A stretch of DNA of 64,000 nt, taken from assembly GCA_002256025.1 (NCBI GenBank), contig NKIB01012336.1:1-64000 (forward strand), given 5' to 3'. Of the stretch, positions 1 through 13,400 are shown piece by piece. The position numbers were made by a program, and so were the translations under genes. The number at the start of each line of letters is the position of its first letter. The stretch's first letter is position 1. The notes under the pieces were generated by a model, which made no database searches, was not told the origin of the DNA, and saw only the letters and a program-made list of their open reading frames with translations. This DNA is from Asterionella formosa (lineage: Eukaryota).

Positions 1-758
1 GCTACAACAATGACCAAGGCGTTGCCCATGCACAGCGATCTAATTGGACCATTTTCAATAGGACCTCTATCGTCGATCCATTCCCAGTGAATGAATCATT
101 TCCATATTCGGGTCCACACCCTATGAACGAAATTCTTGAAATGGAACTAGAGCTTGTTCTAGCTTTGATTAACATTGCATGATGATTGACGTTCCTTATA
201 TACACATGCCTAACGTAGAGGGCCCTTGTGCTAAAATTAGAGCCACACCAAAAACCGAAAAATCATTTTTAAGTTGGCATTCCCATTAAGGTCAGGTTAA
301 ATCTTTGCTTTATTGTAATATTTGATAAAGATAGCTAAATCGTTAGCTTCAGCACAATTACCGCACCCTACTTGCTGGTATACCTTTCCTCAGCTCATGG
401 CTGATTGCCGCAGACGCCTCGGTGTGAGCGAAAACGTCTTCAAGGGAATGAAAAAGCTTTCATCCCATAAATTCAAATTTCAGTTCGTTGCAAAAATTTC
501 ATGAGGAAACTGACGAGTTTTGAAGTGAAGGTTCGAAGCAAGCGATCATCGTCCTTGCTGCGGCTGCTCCTATCAAATCATACTCCAGAGTATTTCTTTA
601 CTTTTGTATTCGTTGGCTCCGTTATTGTTCAGTCCTACTTTATACATCGCCCGATTTTCCATTTACATTGATTCCATTGACAATCATATTATTGGCTATT
701 ATTAATAGCAACCGAGTGACGACAACATTGAACAGCAAGAACAAAACATAACAAAATC

Positions 759-1064
759 ATGACCACAATTTCTAATTTCCGCTCAGTTGAAGATGGTACG
801 TTTTTAATGTTGCACCCTAATTGGGTCGCCCTATTGGTTTTATTCCAGTTGGCTAATTGTTTCTCATGGAATTTCACAGAACCTTCTGAAAATTGGACCA
901 TTGAGGAACTCATGAATTGGTGTCTTTTAAAAAGTCAAACAGCGACAGATGAAAAGCTCGCGGCGTTGCTGGAAGCCATGGACCAAAAGTTTCAACAAGG
1001 CAAAACTGATGTGTTGAATTTTCAAGAAAATGCACTAGCCAAAACGGAGTCTTCCAACAACAGT

Positions 1065-1098
<34 letters not shown>

Positions 1099-1457
1099 CT
1101 AGCAACACAAGCAACAAGGTCAAGTACATTCATGTGACGATTTCCACTGGTCCACATGCATCCGATGAACCAAAGGTGTTGGCTCCGACAGAAAAAGTCC
1201 CTTGTTGGGTGGGTCGGTCCGGAAGTAAACGATTTAGGGACAAGGGTCTTTCCTTACGTAAAGATTTGGAGGTTTCTACGACTCATGGCAAGTTTGAACT
1301 TGTGAGGGGCAAACCTTTCTTTACTGATACTGGCTCCTCCAATGGGACGTCGATTGATGGAGCAGAGATTGTACCGAATCAAGCCTATGAGCTCAAGGAA
1401 GGAATGAAACTAATGTTCGGATCGACTCTGTGTACCATTAGCTTGGAAATGGTGTAA
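759..1457 (+). CDS. FHA-domain protein; probable 84-nt intron at 796-879
   Basis: C-terminal FHA signature (VGR...VSTTHG...DTGSSNGT). A GTACGT...TTCACAG in-frame intron explains the hydrophobic stretch in the ORF. Confidence 0.8.
1055..1098 (+). repeat. (AAC)n microsatellite encoding poly-Asn inside the FHA gene
   Basis: Run of aac triplets seen directly. Confidence 0.9.
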
Positions 1458-1748
1458 CGTAGGTTTTGTCCTTAGGATACTTAATAATACATGGCTAGGA
1501 GAATTTTAATAATTTTTGAGACGATTTGTCGATTAATTTTCAACTGTTGGCTTGCAGAAATTTTGATGTTTGCGCTTGTATCGGTAATATCTTTCTTGTT
1601 TGATGAAACATAATCAATATTTATCCAGCACGACATGATGATGAACAGTAGTCGAAATAGGATGATATCTTTTGTGAGTTATTCATTATTATTATTTCCA
1701 AATTGACACACACAAGTCCACCAATCACCAGCACCATCGGTCGTCTGT

Positions 1749-3303
1749 CTAAATATAGAATCCTTCAAATTTGACTCCCACTTGAATGAGTTCCGCTTGC
1801 ATTGCAATCTCCGCCACCCCCACCGCCTTGGTGGCCGCATCTTCCAAATCATCCGCCAAGATCATTCTAAAGCCACACCCTTCAATCAATGTTTTGGCCT
1901 CCTTGACATTGGTCCCCTGAAGGCGAATGACAATGGGTTTGCGAATCCCAATTTCCTTGGCCGCATTGATAATTCCTGTCGCAATGACATCACAACGCAT
2001 AATTCCTCCGAAGATATTAACTAAAATCGCTTTGACACGAGGGTCAGCATTCAAAATCTCAAACGCCTTTTGAACCTGCTGTTCATTGGCGCCACCACCA
2101 ACGTCCAAAAAGTTGGCAGGCGATCCTCCCTTGAGTTGAATAATATCCATGGTAGCCATGGCAAGACCAGCTCCATTCACCATGCAACCAATGGTGCCGT
2201 CAAGTCCAATGTAGTTGAGATCATATTTGGATGCTTCGACTTCACGGGGGTCTTCTTGTGTCATATCGCGGCGAGCGAAAATGTCTGATTGACGAAAGGC
2301 CGCATTGTCGTCAAAGTTGACCTTGGCGTCGCACACGACCACATCACCTTCAGGTGTTTCGGCAAGAGGATTGATTTCAACCTGAGTGCAGTCGCATGCC
2401 AGAAACATCTCGTAGAGGTTCTTCATCAAAACAATGGCCTTATCATGAGCTGGCAATCCTTCTTCCAAGCCCAGGTGAGTAGCCATACGATGAGCCTGCT
2501 CGTCCAACAAGCCAAGAGTAATGTCGATGGGTTCCGTAAAGATGAACTCCGGATTAGAGGCAGCCACATCTTCAATGCTGGTTCCTCCCTTTGGAGAGCA
2601 CACAAGCAATGGCCCCTGTGCATGTCGGTCCATGAGGATGGATAGGTACATTTCATGTCTAATGTACATGCGTTCCATGAGGAGTACCTTATTGCATATG
2701 ATTCCATTGGGTGCCTGCTTGGTTACGAGTTCTTGCCCCAGCATTTCCTTGGCGAAGCTGCGTGCCTGTCCATCCTTTTTGACCATGTGGACTCCGCCCT
2801 GAAAGCCGTTCTTGAAGCGACCGAGGCCTCTACCTCCGGAGAGCACCTGTGCCTTGATGACCACGTCCTTTCTAGGGGTACCGGCTGTGTGAAGTAGGAC
2901 GAAGCAAGTGTAAGGTAAGGGTGAATGATGCGATGAAGTTCTACGTTGATTGTTTCTGCTGGAAGTTTAGGTTGATTGTTTCTGCTGGAAGTTTGCACCG
3001 ATCATCCCTTCGAATGACTATCAGCAAGAGACTCGTCTCGTTCTGCTCTCAGCTCTGCACTCCAACGCGACTGTGTATAGACACAACACCACCAACAACA
3101 AAGGACTTACGCTTGTTGAGCTTGTGATTGTAAATTTGTTCCGCTTCCTCTGGATCGTCAGCTACGTAATTAGCTGGTGTTGTGATGTGATGCGAGTTCA
3201 TAATTTCCATGGAAACGTATTCGTGCACATTCAAAGAACGCGTCGCTCCAAGTGCTGAGACGCGGCGATGCGTCAACAAGCGACGACAGGTGTTGGATAA
3301 CAT
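1749..3303 (-). CDS. sucC: Mitochondrial succinyl-CoA ligase beta subunit; exons 3303-3111 and 2884-1749
   Basis: Motifs LNVHEY, VIKAQVLSGGRG, GCMVNGAGLAMATMD and NFLDVGGG; Arg/Ser/Leu-rich presequence. GT-AG intron 2885-3110 joins in frame. Confidence 0.95.
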
Positions 3304-4362
3304 TTTCAAAAGGATTCTTTGAGAGAGTGTGTATGTATATCAACAATGATGTTGATTGCTGCCCGGTTCACTGTGAAAAACAAATACCGGTAGGATTCAT
3401 GATGCCCAGCAGGCTCCTTACAAGGTTCATCATATGTGCACTCCGAGTAGTCTACAATTTATTATACTTTTATACCGGTGTATATATACCGACGGAACTA
3501 CTGGTACTATGCAGCATATAAAGGTCGTATTTGAAGATAATAAATATATGAAAAGCAAAGAACAAGAAACCGACGCATCATTCCTCGGCAAACTCCAATC
3601 ATAAATGCATACTAGTAACGCTACTAAATTTTTTACTGTACCGGTGGAACCGGTACAAGAACTTGGTTGCACTTGCTTGTTTCAAGCGACGATTCGATTA
3701 TGATACACAAATAACATAAATATACCTGTATGAATATATGCATGTAGGCCAAAACTGTGCATTTACCTCCAGAATCTAGGGCCAGAATATTCTAACAAGC
3801 GGCATAAAAGAACACCAGATCAAAGATCCAGCTTGCTTGATGGCTTTTTGGCAAGGATTTCCCTACTGGTAGCCGTTTGGGTGAGACCCTATGTAGAAGG
3901 TCACGAGTAAGACTCGCTACTGGTACGAGTTGTTAGTCACGAGTTGTGGAGGAATAAGGAGCCTTCAAAGAACTTAGTTATTATTCATTTACGGGTACCG
4001 GTACATAGATATATGATGGCAACATAGCCAAGGATCAAGAGCCACTGCATTGGTCACCACTGCGAGGAAAGTCCACCAAATCCTCCATTCAATATTTGTT
4101 CTTGGTGAGGTTGTTGCTCCAATCCACTTGGTCGACTACCAACAGTACGCCAGTCACTATCGCAAGGATCTGCTCTATGCGAGAGGCAGGCAGGACCGAG
4201 TCCTGGAACAACTCAAGGATCAAGAAACAATTTCGAAAACAACTGCCATAGTGACAAGAGATATGAAAGCGCCGTAACAATTGAGACAAGCCCTGTGATA
4301 GCACAATTGATTTCGTTACTGACAACAATATGTTGATGGAGTGATTCGCCAATACTTTGCAC

Positions 4363-5007
4363 TCAACTTAACATGAAAATTCTCTTTGCCACATCCTCCA
4401 CCATCCAATCAATCCCTTCCACTAATCCGTTTCCCGTCACGGCGCTACAAGACATAATACTCCAATGTCGGTCCTGACTCATCTTGTCCAATTCCAGTAC
4501 TTCATAAATGTCTTCCTTCGACAAGGCTCCATCCAGATCTTGCTTATTGGCAAATATCAAAAGCGATGCCCCCGCCAATCGTTCTTGCTGTAGCAACGAT
4601 TCCAATTCTTGTCGACACAGTTCCAGACGCAGCTTGTCTGACGAGTCCACTACCCATATCAATCCATCTGTCGACTCAAAGTAATTTCTCCAATAGCTTC
4701 GAATGGATTTTTGTCCGCCCACATCCCACACATTGAGTGTGTAGGAGCGATGGAACAACGTTTTGATATTGAATCCCAATGTTGGTTCAATGGTATCAAT
4801 AGGCTCGCCACTGAATTTGCGCAAAATTGTTGTCTTTCCGGCATTGTCCAATCCGAGAATGAGGAGTCGCACTTCTCGTTCCTTGGCCTTGACCTATAAG
4901 TTCATGTCGGAACTTCGAGTGAGTGAAGAGTATGTGCTGTGCTGTGCTGTCGGATGTTGCGGTTCCACTTGATATCGTACCTTTTTTAGAATCGTTAGCA
5001 GACCCAT
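4363..5007 (-). CDS. ARL2: ADP-ribosylation factor-like GTPase 2; exons 5007-4981 and 4893-4363
   Basis: Spliced N-terminus [31 protein letters not shown], plus [23 protein letters not shown] and NKQD. Confidence 0.93.
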
Positions 5008-5599
5008 GACTCTGCCGTATTTGCGTCCGGAGTATGAGGATGGTGCGTGCAGTGATCACACAGCAAGGGGGAAGGATGTGATGGGAGGAAAGGAAAGGAA
5101 AGCACCAGCCAGGGCAAGCAATGCCTGCAGAGGATGTGGTGTGGCTCGATTTAATACCGGTACCCTGGTACCGGTACTCTTTATACATTACCTGTATATT
5201 ACGCACTATGAACCAGTACATATGTCCTGCTATCTAACAAACTACCGGTAAGTACCTGTTTTTTGTTTTTTTTGTACCGAACGTCTGATATCAAGAGAAC
5301 CCTACACTCCAGCACTGATTCTATTATTGGTCCTGGTACTCCTAACCCTAACAAAGTACTGGGTACTGCCACACCTCTGGACTGTACCAGGTGACCAGGC
5401 ACCGTACTAACCCTATCAGCTCCTCTAAGATACTACTTTTATGTACCGGTAGCCGGTATTGCGTCATTATTTATAACTATACCCCGATAGCATTGTTGGA
5501 TCAAAATAAGGAAACCATCGATTATAGTCTACGACCCTCCTATTGTTCATTCCCTGTCTACTCAAGCAACATCCACGTGCTGCAGCTATTGTCTGTTCT

Positions 5600-6538
5600 A
5601 TGATGACTCCTCGAAAGAAAAGCGAAGACATGATGGTCGTGGTCGACGCTCGGCCCTTGCGGACAACGATACGCCAAGCAGTCTCTCCCTACCTTCCACC
5701 GCCGTTGGTTCAAGCGATGCACGATACGATAGATCCTGCTCTCAAGCCATTTGTAGGAGAAGAAGCCACCATTACGATTGTAGGCAGTCTGCTTTTGGCG
5801 TTTCTGATTTATCACTTTCTCAAGGTTGCCACTGCCACATTTTCCAACAAAAAGGCCGTGGCGCGGGACGACAACGATGAGGACGTGTTGCTCGAGAAGG
5901 TATTGTCCAAGCAAGCCTACCAAGACACTGTCGTATTCGCGGGTCCCATGCTAGCTGGAAAAACGAGGTTACTGTATTGGCTCTGTCATGATCAACCGAA
6001 TGTGCAAACTGTCGTGTCGATGCGCCCCAATGTTGCATTCAAAACAGTCAGTGTTGGCACAACGCAAGACCAAAAAACAACCACCACTCGAGTCATGGAC
6101 TATCCTGGTCACTTATCTATTCAATCTTCACAATTGTTGGATGTTTTGGACAAACGTATTTGTCTCGTCTTGGACAGCACTCAACCTGTCGGACCTGCAG
6201 CGGACATTTTGTTTCAACTATTGAGTTTGCCACCACCATCATCGGGCTCCGATAACAAACGACAAATTTTGATTGCATGTCACAAATCAGATATCAAGGG
6301 AAGTAAAAACCATAAACGTATCAAAATTCAACTAAGGAATGAATTGGAGCATATTCTCAGCATCCAAACAACCTGTTCCTGGTGGCAGCCGGGAAAGCCA
6401 ATTGTATGGGAGGAGTTGGACTCTGCCGACATTGCATTCTTGTCAACAAGTTGTGAGGATGACCACATGGGGATGAAGGAGTTAAACAATTTCGTATGTG
6501 AAGGGACCCTCCCAGAGGATGCTGTCAATCGGAAATAA
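5600..6538 (+). CDS. SRPRB: Signal recognition particle receptor beta subunit (GTPase)
   Basis: N-terminal TM segment; G1 GPMLAGKT, G3 DYPGH, G4 HKSD; IKIQLRNELE helix. Confidence 0.8.
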   Translation: MMTPRKKSEDMMVVVDARPLRTTIRQAVSPYLPPPLVQAMHDTIDPALKPFVGEEATITIVGSLLLAFLIYHFLKVATATFSNKKAVARDDNDEDVLLEKVLSKQAYQDTVVFAGPMLAGKTRLLYWLCHDQPNVQTVVSMRPNVAFKTVSVGTTQDQKTTTTRVMDYPGHLSIQSSQLLDVLDKRICLVLDSTQPVGPAADILFQLLSLPPPSSGSDNKRQILIACHKSDIKGSKNHKRIKIQLRNELEHILSIQTTCSWWQPGKPIVWEELDSADIAFLSTSCEDDHMGMKELNNFVCEGTLPEDAVNRK

Positions 6539-6670
6539 AGGAGAGAGAAGGGGAAATCATTGGGTTAAAATTCGGTAGCAATCGTAACATGACTCTCGTT
6601 GTTTAGTGCCAGTTATGAAGTTCTAGTTTCTCCTTTGTCTAATACCAACCAAAAATGCTACCGGTACGGA

Positions 6671-6818
6671 CTATGCACCTGACCAAGAAACAACATTTAC
6701 CGGTATTTGAATATTTAATATGCATAAAACTCACAGCCACCATCCATGTTGATCGGACAACATGCTCATGGCGCTTCAAACAAGCACGGATCTAGGGCGT
6801 ATGGAGATGTTCATAGAT
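6671..6818. repeat. Diverged ~150-bp copy of the 3' end/3'UTR of the amino-acid transporter gene (17641-17786)
   Basis: ctatg(c/t)acctgaccaagaaa...ctcacagccaccatccat...catgctcatggcgcttc...ggatctagggcg...catagat is present at both places. Confidence 0.85.
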
Positions 6819-7099
6819 CAATTGATTTAAACGAATAACTTATGTGGCAATACATTTGGGATATTCAACAGCTATCGAAGGTGTACCATGGCGTGTAATT
6901 ATTCACAAAAGACCTTCAAAACACAAATGGATCAACGGCGATGTTACATGATGTGATGCAATTAATGCATATGCAAGGAAGACTATTTTGCCAACCCTAG
7001 GATGTAAATCATGTGAAAAGAGTCAGCAATGATTTGATAAGGAACTTTAGAAGTTTAATTTTTTGCTCAATGGCTAACAATGATAGGCGTAATATGAAG

Positions 7100-9257
7100 T
7101 TAAATGAGGAGAAAGAAAACAGAAGTCACGAAAGAAATGGATTGCGCCAGAGTCTTCATGTCATCACTAGGACTGTCAGAAGTGGAGTCTGTCATATCTT
7201 GAATTGGAACCAAAGGACTAGTATTATTGCAACCCCCACCAACTTTGATCTGAACGGACTTGTCATTCGATCCAGTATAGAAAAACCTGTTTTCGTACAG
7301 GGTGACATTGCCAGCATCAATGCTCCAAAACCCCGGGTATATTCCTACATATGGTATGCATGAGTGAAGTGAGTGCTGGCTGACGAGCAACATGGTAATG
7401 CCACGTATGGGTACACATTTTGTAAGAGTCTTACCGCTGCCAGAGATATCGTCGAGGAAGAATTCATACTCGCCAGTTGGAAGGGCCACTGGGAATTCGT
7501 ACGTTTTAAGGCGATCGAGCATACCTGTATTCCCTGCGCCAATATCGAAAATGAACTTTTTCTTCATAGTGCAAAGGTTGAAGTACCCGATGTCTTTTAT
7601 TTCTTCGGGGATTGTGTCAGTGTAAAGAGTAACAGTTATATTTGCAGTAGGACCAGGGACGATTTGCGGTGTACATTGACCAACTCGGACAGAAGCATCA
7701 CTAATAACTGCAACAATTACTGAATCGCTAAAGAAGGCATTTCCTGGAGTGATTGCGTGCAGCACCTCTCCATTTGATTCGAAGGTGGCACCTCCAGACT
7801 GCAGTCCTGAAAAAGGGACAACAGCCAAGTCAACTTGTTAGTCAGTTCTCCACTACAAGTAGCCACAGTTATTTGTTTGTCACTTTTGATGCTTTTGTGC
7901 TTACCGTCGTTTCCGTCATCAAAAAGACCCAGTTTGTATTGTCCGATGGTTGGTAGGGTGATGGACTTGCTGTATTGCGTATTCGCTTGGTCAAACCCCA
8001 AAAACCAATGCTCCCCGGTACACATATCCCTAAAGAACAAACGTGTTTCTCCAGGATTGGCATCGGTCGTGACTGTGATATTAACTGTTACTGTCGGACC
8101 CAACACATAGGATGTCCGCGGGTCAACCGATATTATGACCTGATCATCATCGTCATTGGGAGGTGGTGGCTCGGCATTCGGGTTGTCAGTGCAAGTTCCC
8201 TCCATGACACAGGATATCCAGTTTTGAAAGGCACTGACTCGAGAAGATACATCAGGCACATTGTCCCGGGCACATCCTTCTCCAAACGATGTAAGTCCAA
8301 CCAAGACATCCTCCTCTGGAGTTTTACCCAAGACGATAACGGGGCCACCTGTGTCAAGTAGTAGAAGTGCTCACATGTGAGAATTACTTTTGGTATGCAT
8401 CCAGCATCGACATATCGAAACATGTAAGTGCTTACCTGAGTCCCCCTGACATGATCCCTTTCCACCGCTCTCGAAACCTGCGCAAATTTGTAAATCCGGA
8501 ATGATGTCTAATCCAAACAGAGTGTCAAGGTAGGATTTGATGCATTGGTCCATATTCACTGCTGGGACATCAACTGTTAACAGCATATCGGACAAATCCC
8601 CTTCATCTTGAGTAAATCCTAATCCAATGGTAGTAAGTGTTTGATTGTCCAGTGGGATAGATGAATTCTCATTGAGAGTGATTGGAGGAATACCAACAAC
8701 TGAAGATTCCAAAATCAAAATAGCAATGTCGTTTGAAACTGTGTCCCGGTCGTCGTTCGTATAGTTGGGGTGGATGTGGATTTCCGTGAGTTGAATGTAC
8801 GATGGATCATAATTTTAGTCAGTAAAATTGACAGCCACAACGGGAGGAACAGCAAAACCTTCTACGACACAGTGGGCTTATGATGTATTAGAGTATAGTG
8901 AAATGCAACAAGCTTGTTAGAGATGGTGATTGATGATTGAATCAGGATTCATCTTTGAAATTACATACCTGCTGTGATTACAACATTGTCGCGAATGAGA
9001 GATCCACCACAAAAAAACGAATCAACAGTATTGTTTTCGAATATTGCAGTGAAATAAGGAAATCTTGTTTTGCTAGCCGTAGCGCCACCCACAATACGAA
9101 GAATTGAGTTTGAATTGATGTTTGTCCTCCTGGTAATGTCATCATTTGCCCCAATGACAACATCCAAGAAGCCGGAATTAGTGTCAACATTGACTGCAGT
9201 ACCGGTATGGAGAACAACCAGTATTACAACAGCCAGAAAATGTACATTGAACTTCAT
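7100..9257 (-). pseudogene. S1 serine protease copy 1 (5 exons), disabled duplicate of 22444-24703
   Basis: RIVGG, TA|AHC, NDIA and GDSG motifs. In-frame TAA at 8815-8817 (TTC in copy 2) and an early TAA at 7100-7102 (TTT in copy 2). Confidence 0.8.
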
Positions 9258-10251
9258 TTTGATGAAAAGGTGTAGCGAGCGCAATAAAATGGAGGAAATG
9301 AACGATAAATTTTGTTACCGGTAGTGTTTTTGATATAAACAATTTATGGACACAGTTTTTCACCGTCTTGTATGCTCTTAAAGTACCTGGTACTCTCGGT
9401 TCCAGTATAGTTGGTTGTGTTTAGTTGCCCCACCCTTAGGTCCACTGCCTCACATGAAGCGCAAACCCCCCGCCCTATTTAAAAAATCCGAACATAATGG
9501 TGTATATAATATATTTTCTAAAAAGTCAACAATTACCTGTAGGTGAATCTTGGGTCATTTTAGGTAATTGCTTCGACACCGAAAATTCAGGAAATGTCTG
9601 ATAATATTTTCTCGTTCTACAGACAATTGTTGTTACAAGTTTACAGAGAAAGTTAAACTTCCTTTTCAGTTCTTGGAATTTTAGGTGCGGGAAAACCTAA
9701 TAATGACTCACTGCATTCAATGCTTTTGTACAATGTAAAAAGGATGACGGATTGTGAGGGTGCATACCGGTAGAGGTCAAAATCTGATGCATTGGATCTA
9801 CCGCTTTCCTGCCTGTATACTCTGTACTTACCTGGGACTAGTACTCTGGTACCTGGTACCAGCTATAATGGTTCTAAATATGTGTGTCTGAAATGCTGGA
9901 AATGGAGATTGATGTACTCCACGTACATCTAAGTCAAGCGGGAGACTTAGGGAATGAAGAAACCATTTTTATCTCTAACAGCAACAAAGGAAACGAATTT
10001 TGGGAGGAGGGATCAACAGCAGTTATCATTATTGCAATTTGTTTAATTACCAACAAAACTGGTTGCATGGCTGAAGAATGGCAACTATCTGCTCATGACA
10101 CTGCCAAGCGCATTATGCTCCGGCAATGTATGCAGGACGCAGCTCGCATGGTCAGAGAGAACAATTCTAGTCAAATTTACATCCACAATTGGGAAGGAAT
10201 AGGACAGTTGATGGCCCTTCTTACCCCAATTGTTATTTCTGCTCGAATGTT

Positions 10252-10483
10252 TGTTCAGATCTATACTATTACGCATATGATTGAAGAGGCTTTTGAGGAA
10301 TACAAAGAGTTTGAAGCGACGATCAAAGAAGGAGAGAATCAAAATAAAATTATAAAGTGTTATTAACAATGCAATATTTAGTTCCGAGGAAAAACAGGAA
10401 GAAGAATTCTGACAAGGTGACCTGTCAGAATTTCGATCGGTCTGACCAACATACATGTATATTTATTCATGAAGAGATTAACA
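10252..10483 (-). repeat. 3' LTR of copia-1
   Basis: TGTT...AACA termini; about 9 mismatches to 16337-16568; preceded on the minus strand by purine-rich TTGAGAGGAC. Confidence 0.93.
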
Positions 10484-13400
10484 TAGTCCTCTCAAGTGGT
10501 ATTCGTGGAATATCTCTTGCAGTTAATGCCATAATATGTGACAACATAGTTCAAGATGTTTATGTGGGGGTAACCATTTGGTTAGTAAATCTGCAAGATT
10601 GCTGGCTCCAGGTTCATGATGTATTCTCATAGCCTCTGCTGCGATGCATTCCCATACTTTGTGATAGGCAATCGAATTATGTTTTTTTTGTAGTGTTGAT
10701 TCTGGTCTAGTCACATTCATCACCACACTGTTATTGTCGCAGAATGTATTAATAGGTTCTTGAACGGGTATCCCCAGCATGCGAAGTTTATAACGCATTG
10801 CGTCATTCATCTCCGCAGCAATTTTGAGGGCGACAAACTCAGATCCGAAAGTGGAAGATTCAATCGTGTTTTGCCGTTTTGAATACCATCGAATTGCAGT
10901 GCCATTTAAGAATAAGATAATACCTGTATTAGAGCGACGTGTCACCAGGTTGGTTGCATGAGATGCATCGCAAAACAGGTTGATTTGAAGTCGTTGACTT
11001 TGTGGTTTTGGTGCATTAGCCGGGATGTCTTCTTGAACATCAGGGTAGAATTCTTTCCAGTTAGCCGATGCCCATGTTTTATCTGACCAATCTTGTTCAC
11101 AAGGGTCTATAACCGATTTGCATGAAATATGTTTTCGAAGATATGCGAAAATGCGTAATACAGCCACCATATGACCTTGGCAAGGGGCCGCCATGAAAGA
11201 GGCCATGGTAGATCCTGATTGTGCAATGTCAATTTGTCCCAGTTCAATGGCCCATCATAAAATTTCTATATAACTTTGGTATAGGTGGGTGTCTGTATTG
11301 CTCAAGAAATCCGATGTATCCAGCTCAGGATGATAGTCTGGTAGGGCTGGAGAATCCAACTTTGCTTTGAATAATGGTTTTAATGGGCAGTCCATATGAT
11401 TGTTCAATAACAGGAATAGCTTTGGCAAGATAGTCTTCAGCTGAGATATTCCATGTTTCTTGCCCATTGGCCAATTGATATTTACCTATCTTTGCTCCCA
11501 GATATCTTGTAGGTGGTCCAACATCTTTAAACGATATAGGAAGGGAGGATCTGCAAATGAGCATATGATTGTGCTGGGATCCTTGGAAATACATAGGATG
11601 TCATCAACATAAACAAGTATGTATTCATAATATTCGAAACCCTCTCTTGTGACAGCCTCTCGATACCACATATCAGGATCCGCGTAACTTGGGATGAAAC
11701 CGATGTCTCGCAGCGTGGCTGCAAAGTGCGAGCGCCAGGCGGCTCCAAGCTCTTTAAGCCATATAAGGCACAAACAATGATGGCAAGTTTGCCTTCATCT
11801 TCTCCAAATTCAGGTCCGGCTATTGCATAAACTTTCTCTTCTGTGCTCGCATTTAAATAGGCGTTGCCTATGTCTGCCATCATAATACTTAGTTGATTGA
11901 CTGCAGCGATGAGAAAGGCGATTCGGACACTGTCTCTGGAAACAACAGATGAGTAGGTTAGGGATACAGGGGGGTCGGTTTTGTGGCCTCTTGCAACCAA
12001 ACGAACCTTTCTAGTAAAATCCATCTTGATATCGAAAATCATTTTCATAGGGATGTGTTTGTAGCCAACTGGTGGCTGGCAGTTTCTCTCATTGAGATCA
12101 AATGCAATGCGGACATTTGTCATTTCCTTCATAATTGCTTCATGCCATAAATTGTTATTGTTTCTACTGTCAATTTCTAGTGCTTCTGCCACCGTGAGGG
12201 GCAAAGGGAGACCGAATTTAAATTCAGTTTGGATTGACCTCTTCTGTGATAGTTTAATTAATCGTTGTTGTTTATGGAGTAGATGTTTAGACCACCAGTC
12301 AAAAGCTGGTTCGGTGTCAATTTTGTTTGCAATGGCGTAATTTGCTATTTCCACAGAATTTGATTCCTTCAGTGCCTTTAATGGTAGCCAGGAAGTGGTG
12401 CCGTCTTTCCATTCCACTTCAAATTGCCATCCTGCTGTCGTCTTTTTCTTTACTCGTTTTCCTTGAACAGACCTAAATTGATCTGCTTTGTCTATGGCCC
12501 TGTTGTTCTTGCAATGGTTAATTATTGCAACAAAAAGACGGTGTTGTTTACCCTCAGTGTCAATTTGGGAGTACATGTGTTCTGCAAGAATATTATATGC
12601 TATGTCTTGTTGTTCTCCATCTTGAAATTAAACGGTGAAGATTCGGGAATCTAGTTTTGGGTTAGCATGTTTCCTGCCAATATAGAGTCCCTCCAAATTC
12701 CTTTTGCGTCCTAGGACTTTGGCAATCTCGTTGCGGTCCCCTTTAGGGAAGTAAACCTCTGCATTGACAAACTCATTTGGGATAGGTGTAATTTCTGCCA
12801 TTATATTAGCCTTCTCGTCAATGACTGAATCAATATCGTCATCAGCATTAGGCGGTTCCAACAGCTCCTTGTTTGGAGCATTGTGTATAAGGGTTTCGTC
12901 AAATTGAGAGTTAATCTTGGTAATTTGCTTGTCAAAAACATGTCTCATTGTTCTTTCTGTCTCATCAAGCCATTCTTCTCGCATGAGCGGACGGACTGTG
13001 GATTGGGCAATAATTTTGCCATTTTCTTTTAGAACATAGTAGCACATACCCTGTCCAATGTTTTCTGCCACTCCCAGCCATCGGCCAATGTCATTTTCGG
13101 TTCCCCCTCCCCTGACATCTTGATACTTGACCCAGCCATAGAAATCAAATGGTAAATACTCAGAGATGTCAGGGGTGATACCGGTGAGCAATTCAAGTGG
13201 GGTACAATCATGAGTTAAAGGGCGCGCCATCCGTTTGCAGATCTGAGAAGTGTATTTAAGACCGTAGTACCAGAAGCATTCTGGACATTTGGTATGGTGC
13301 ATGATGCGCCTGTAGTGTCTTTTTAATTCTTGTATTTCGCATTCAGCCCGGTTTTGCCAAGGGGAATAGGGCTCGGTGAGACATTGTTGGAAAAGATATT

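Noticed and set aside
1782..2897. Numerous antisense or overlapping ORFs over real genes
   Set aside because: Shadow frames of strongly coding sequence with no independent motifs.
3730..4277. Small plus-strand gene ending at 4277
   Set aside because: Coding-like, but I found no recognisable family and no consistent start or exon structure.
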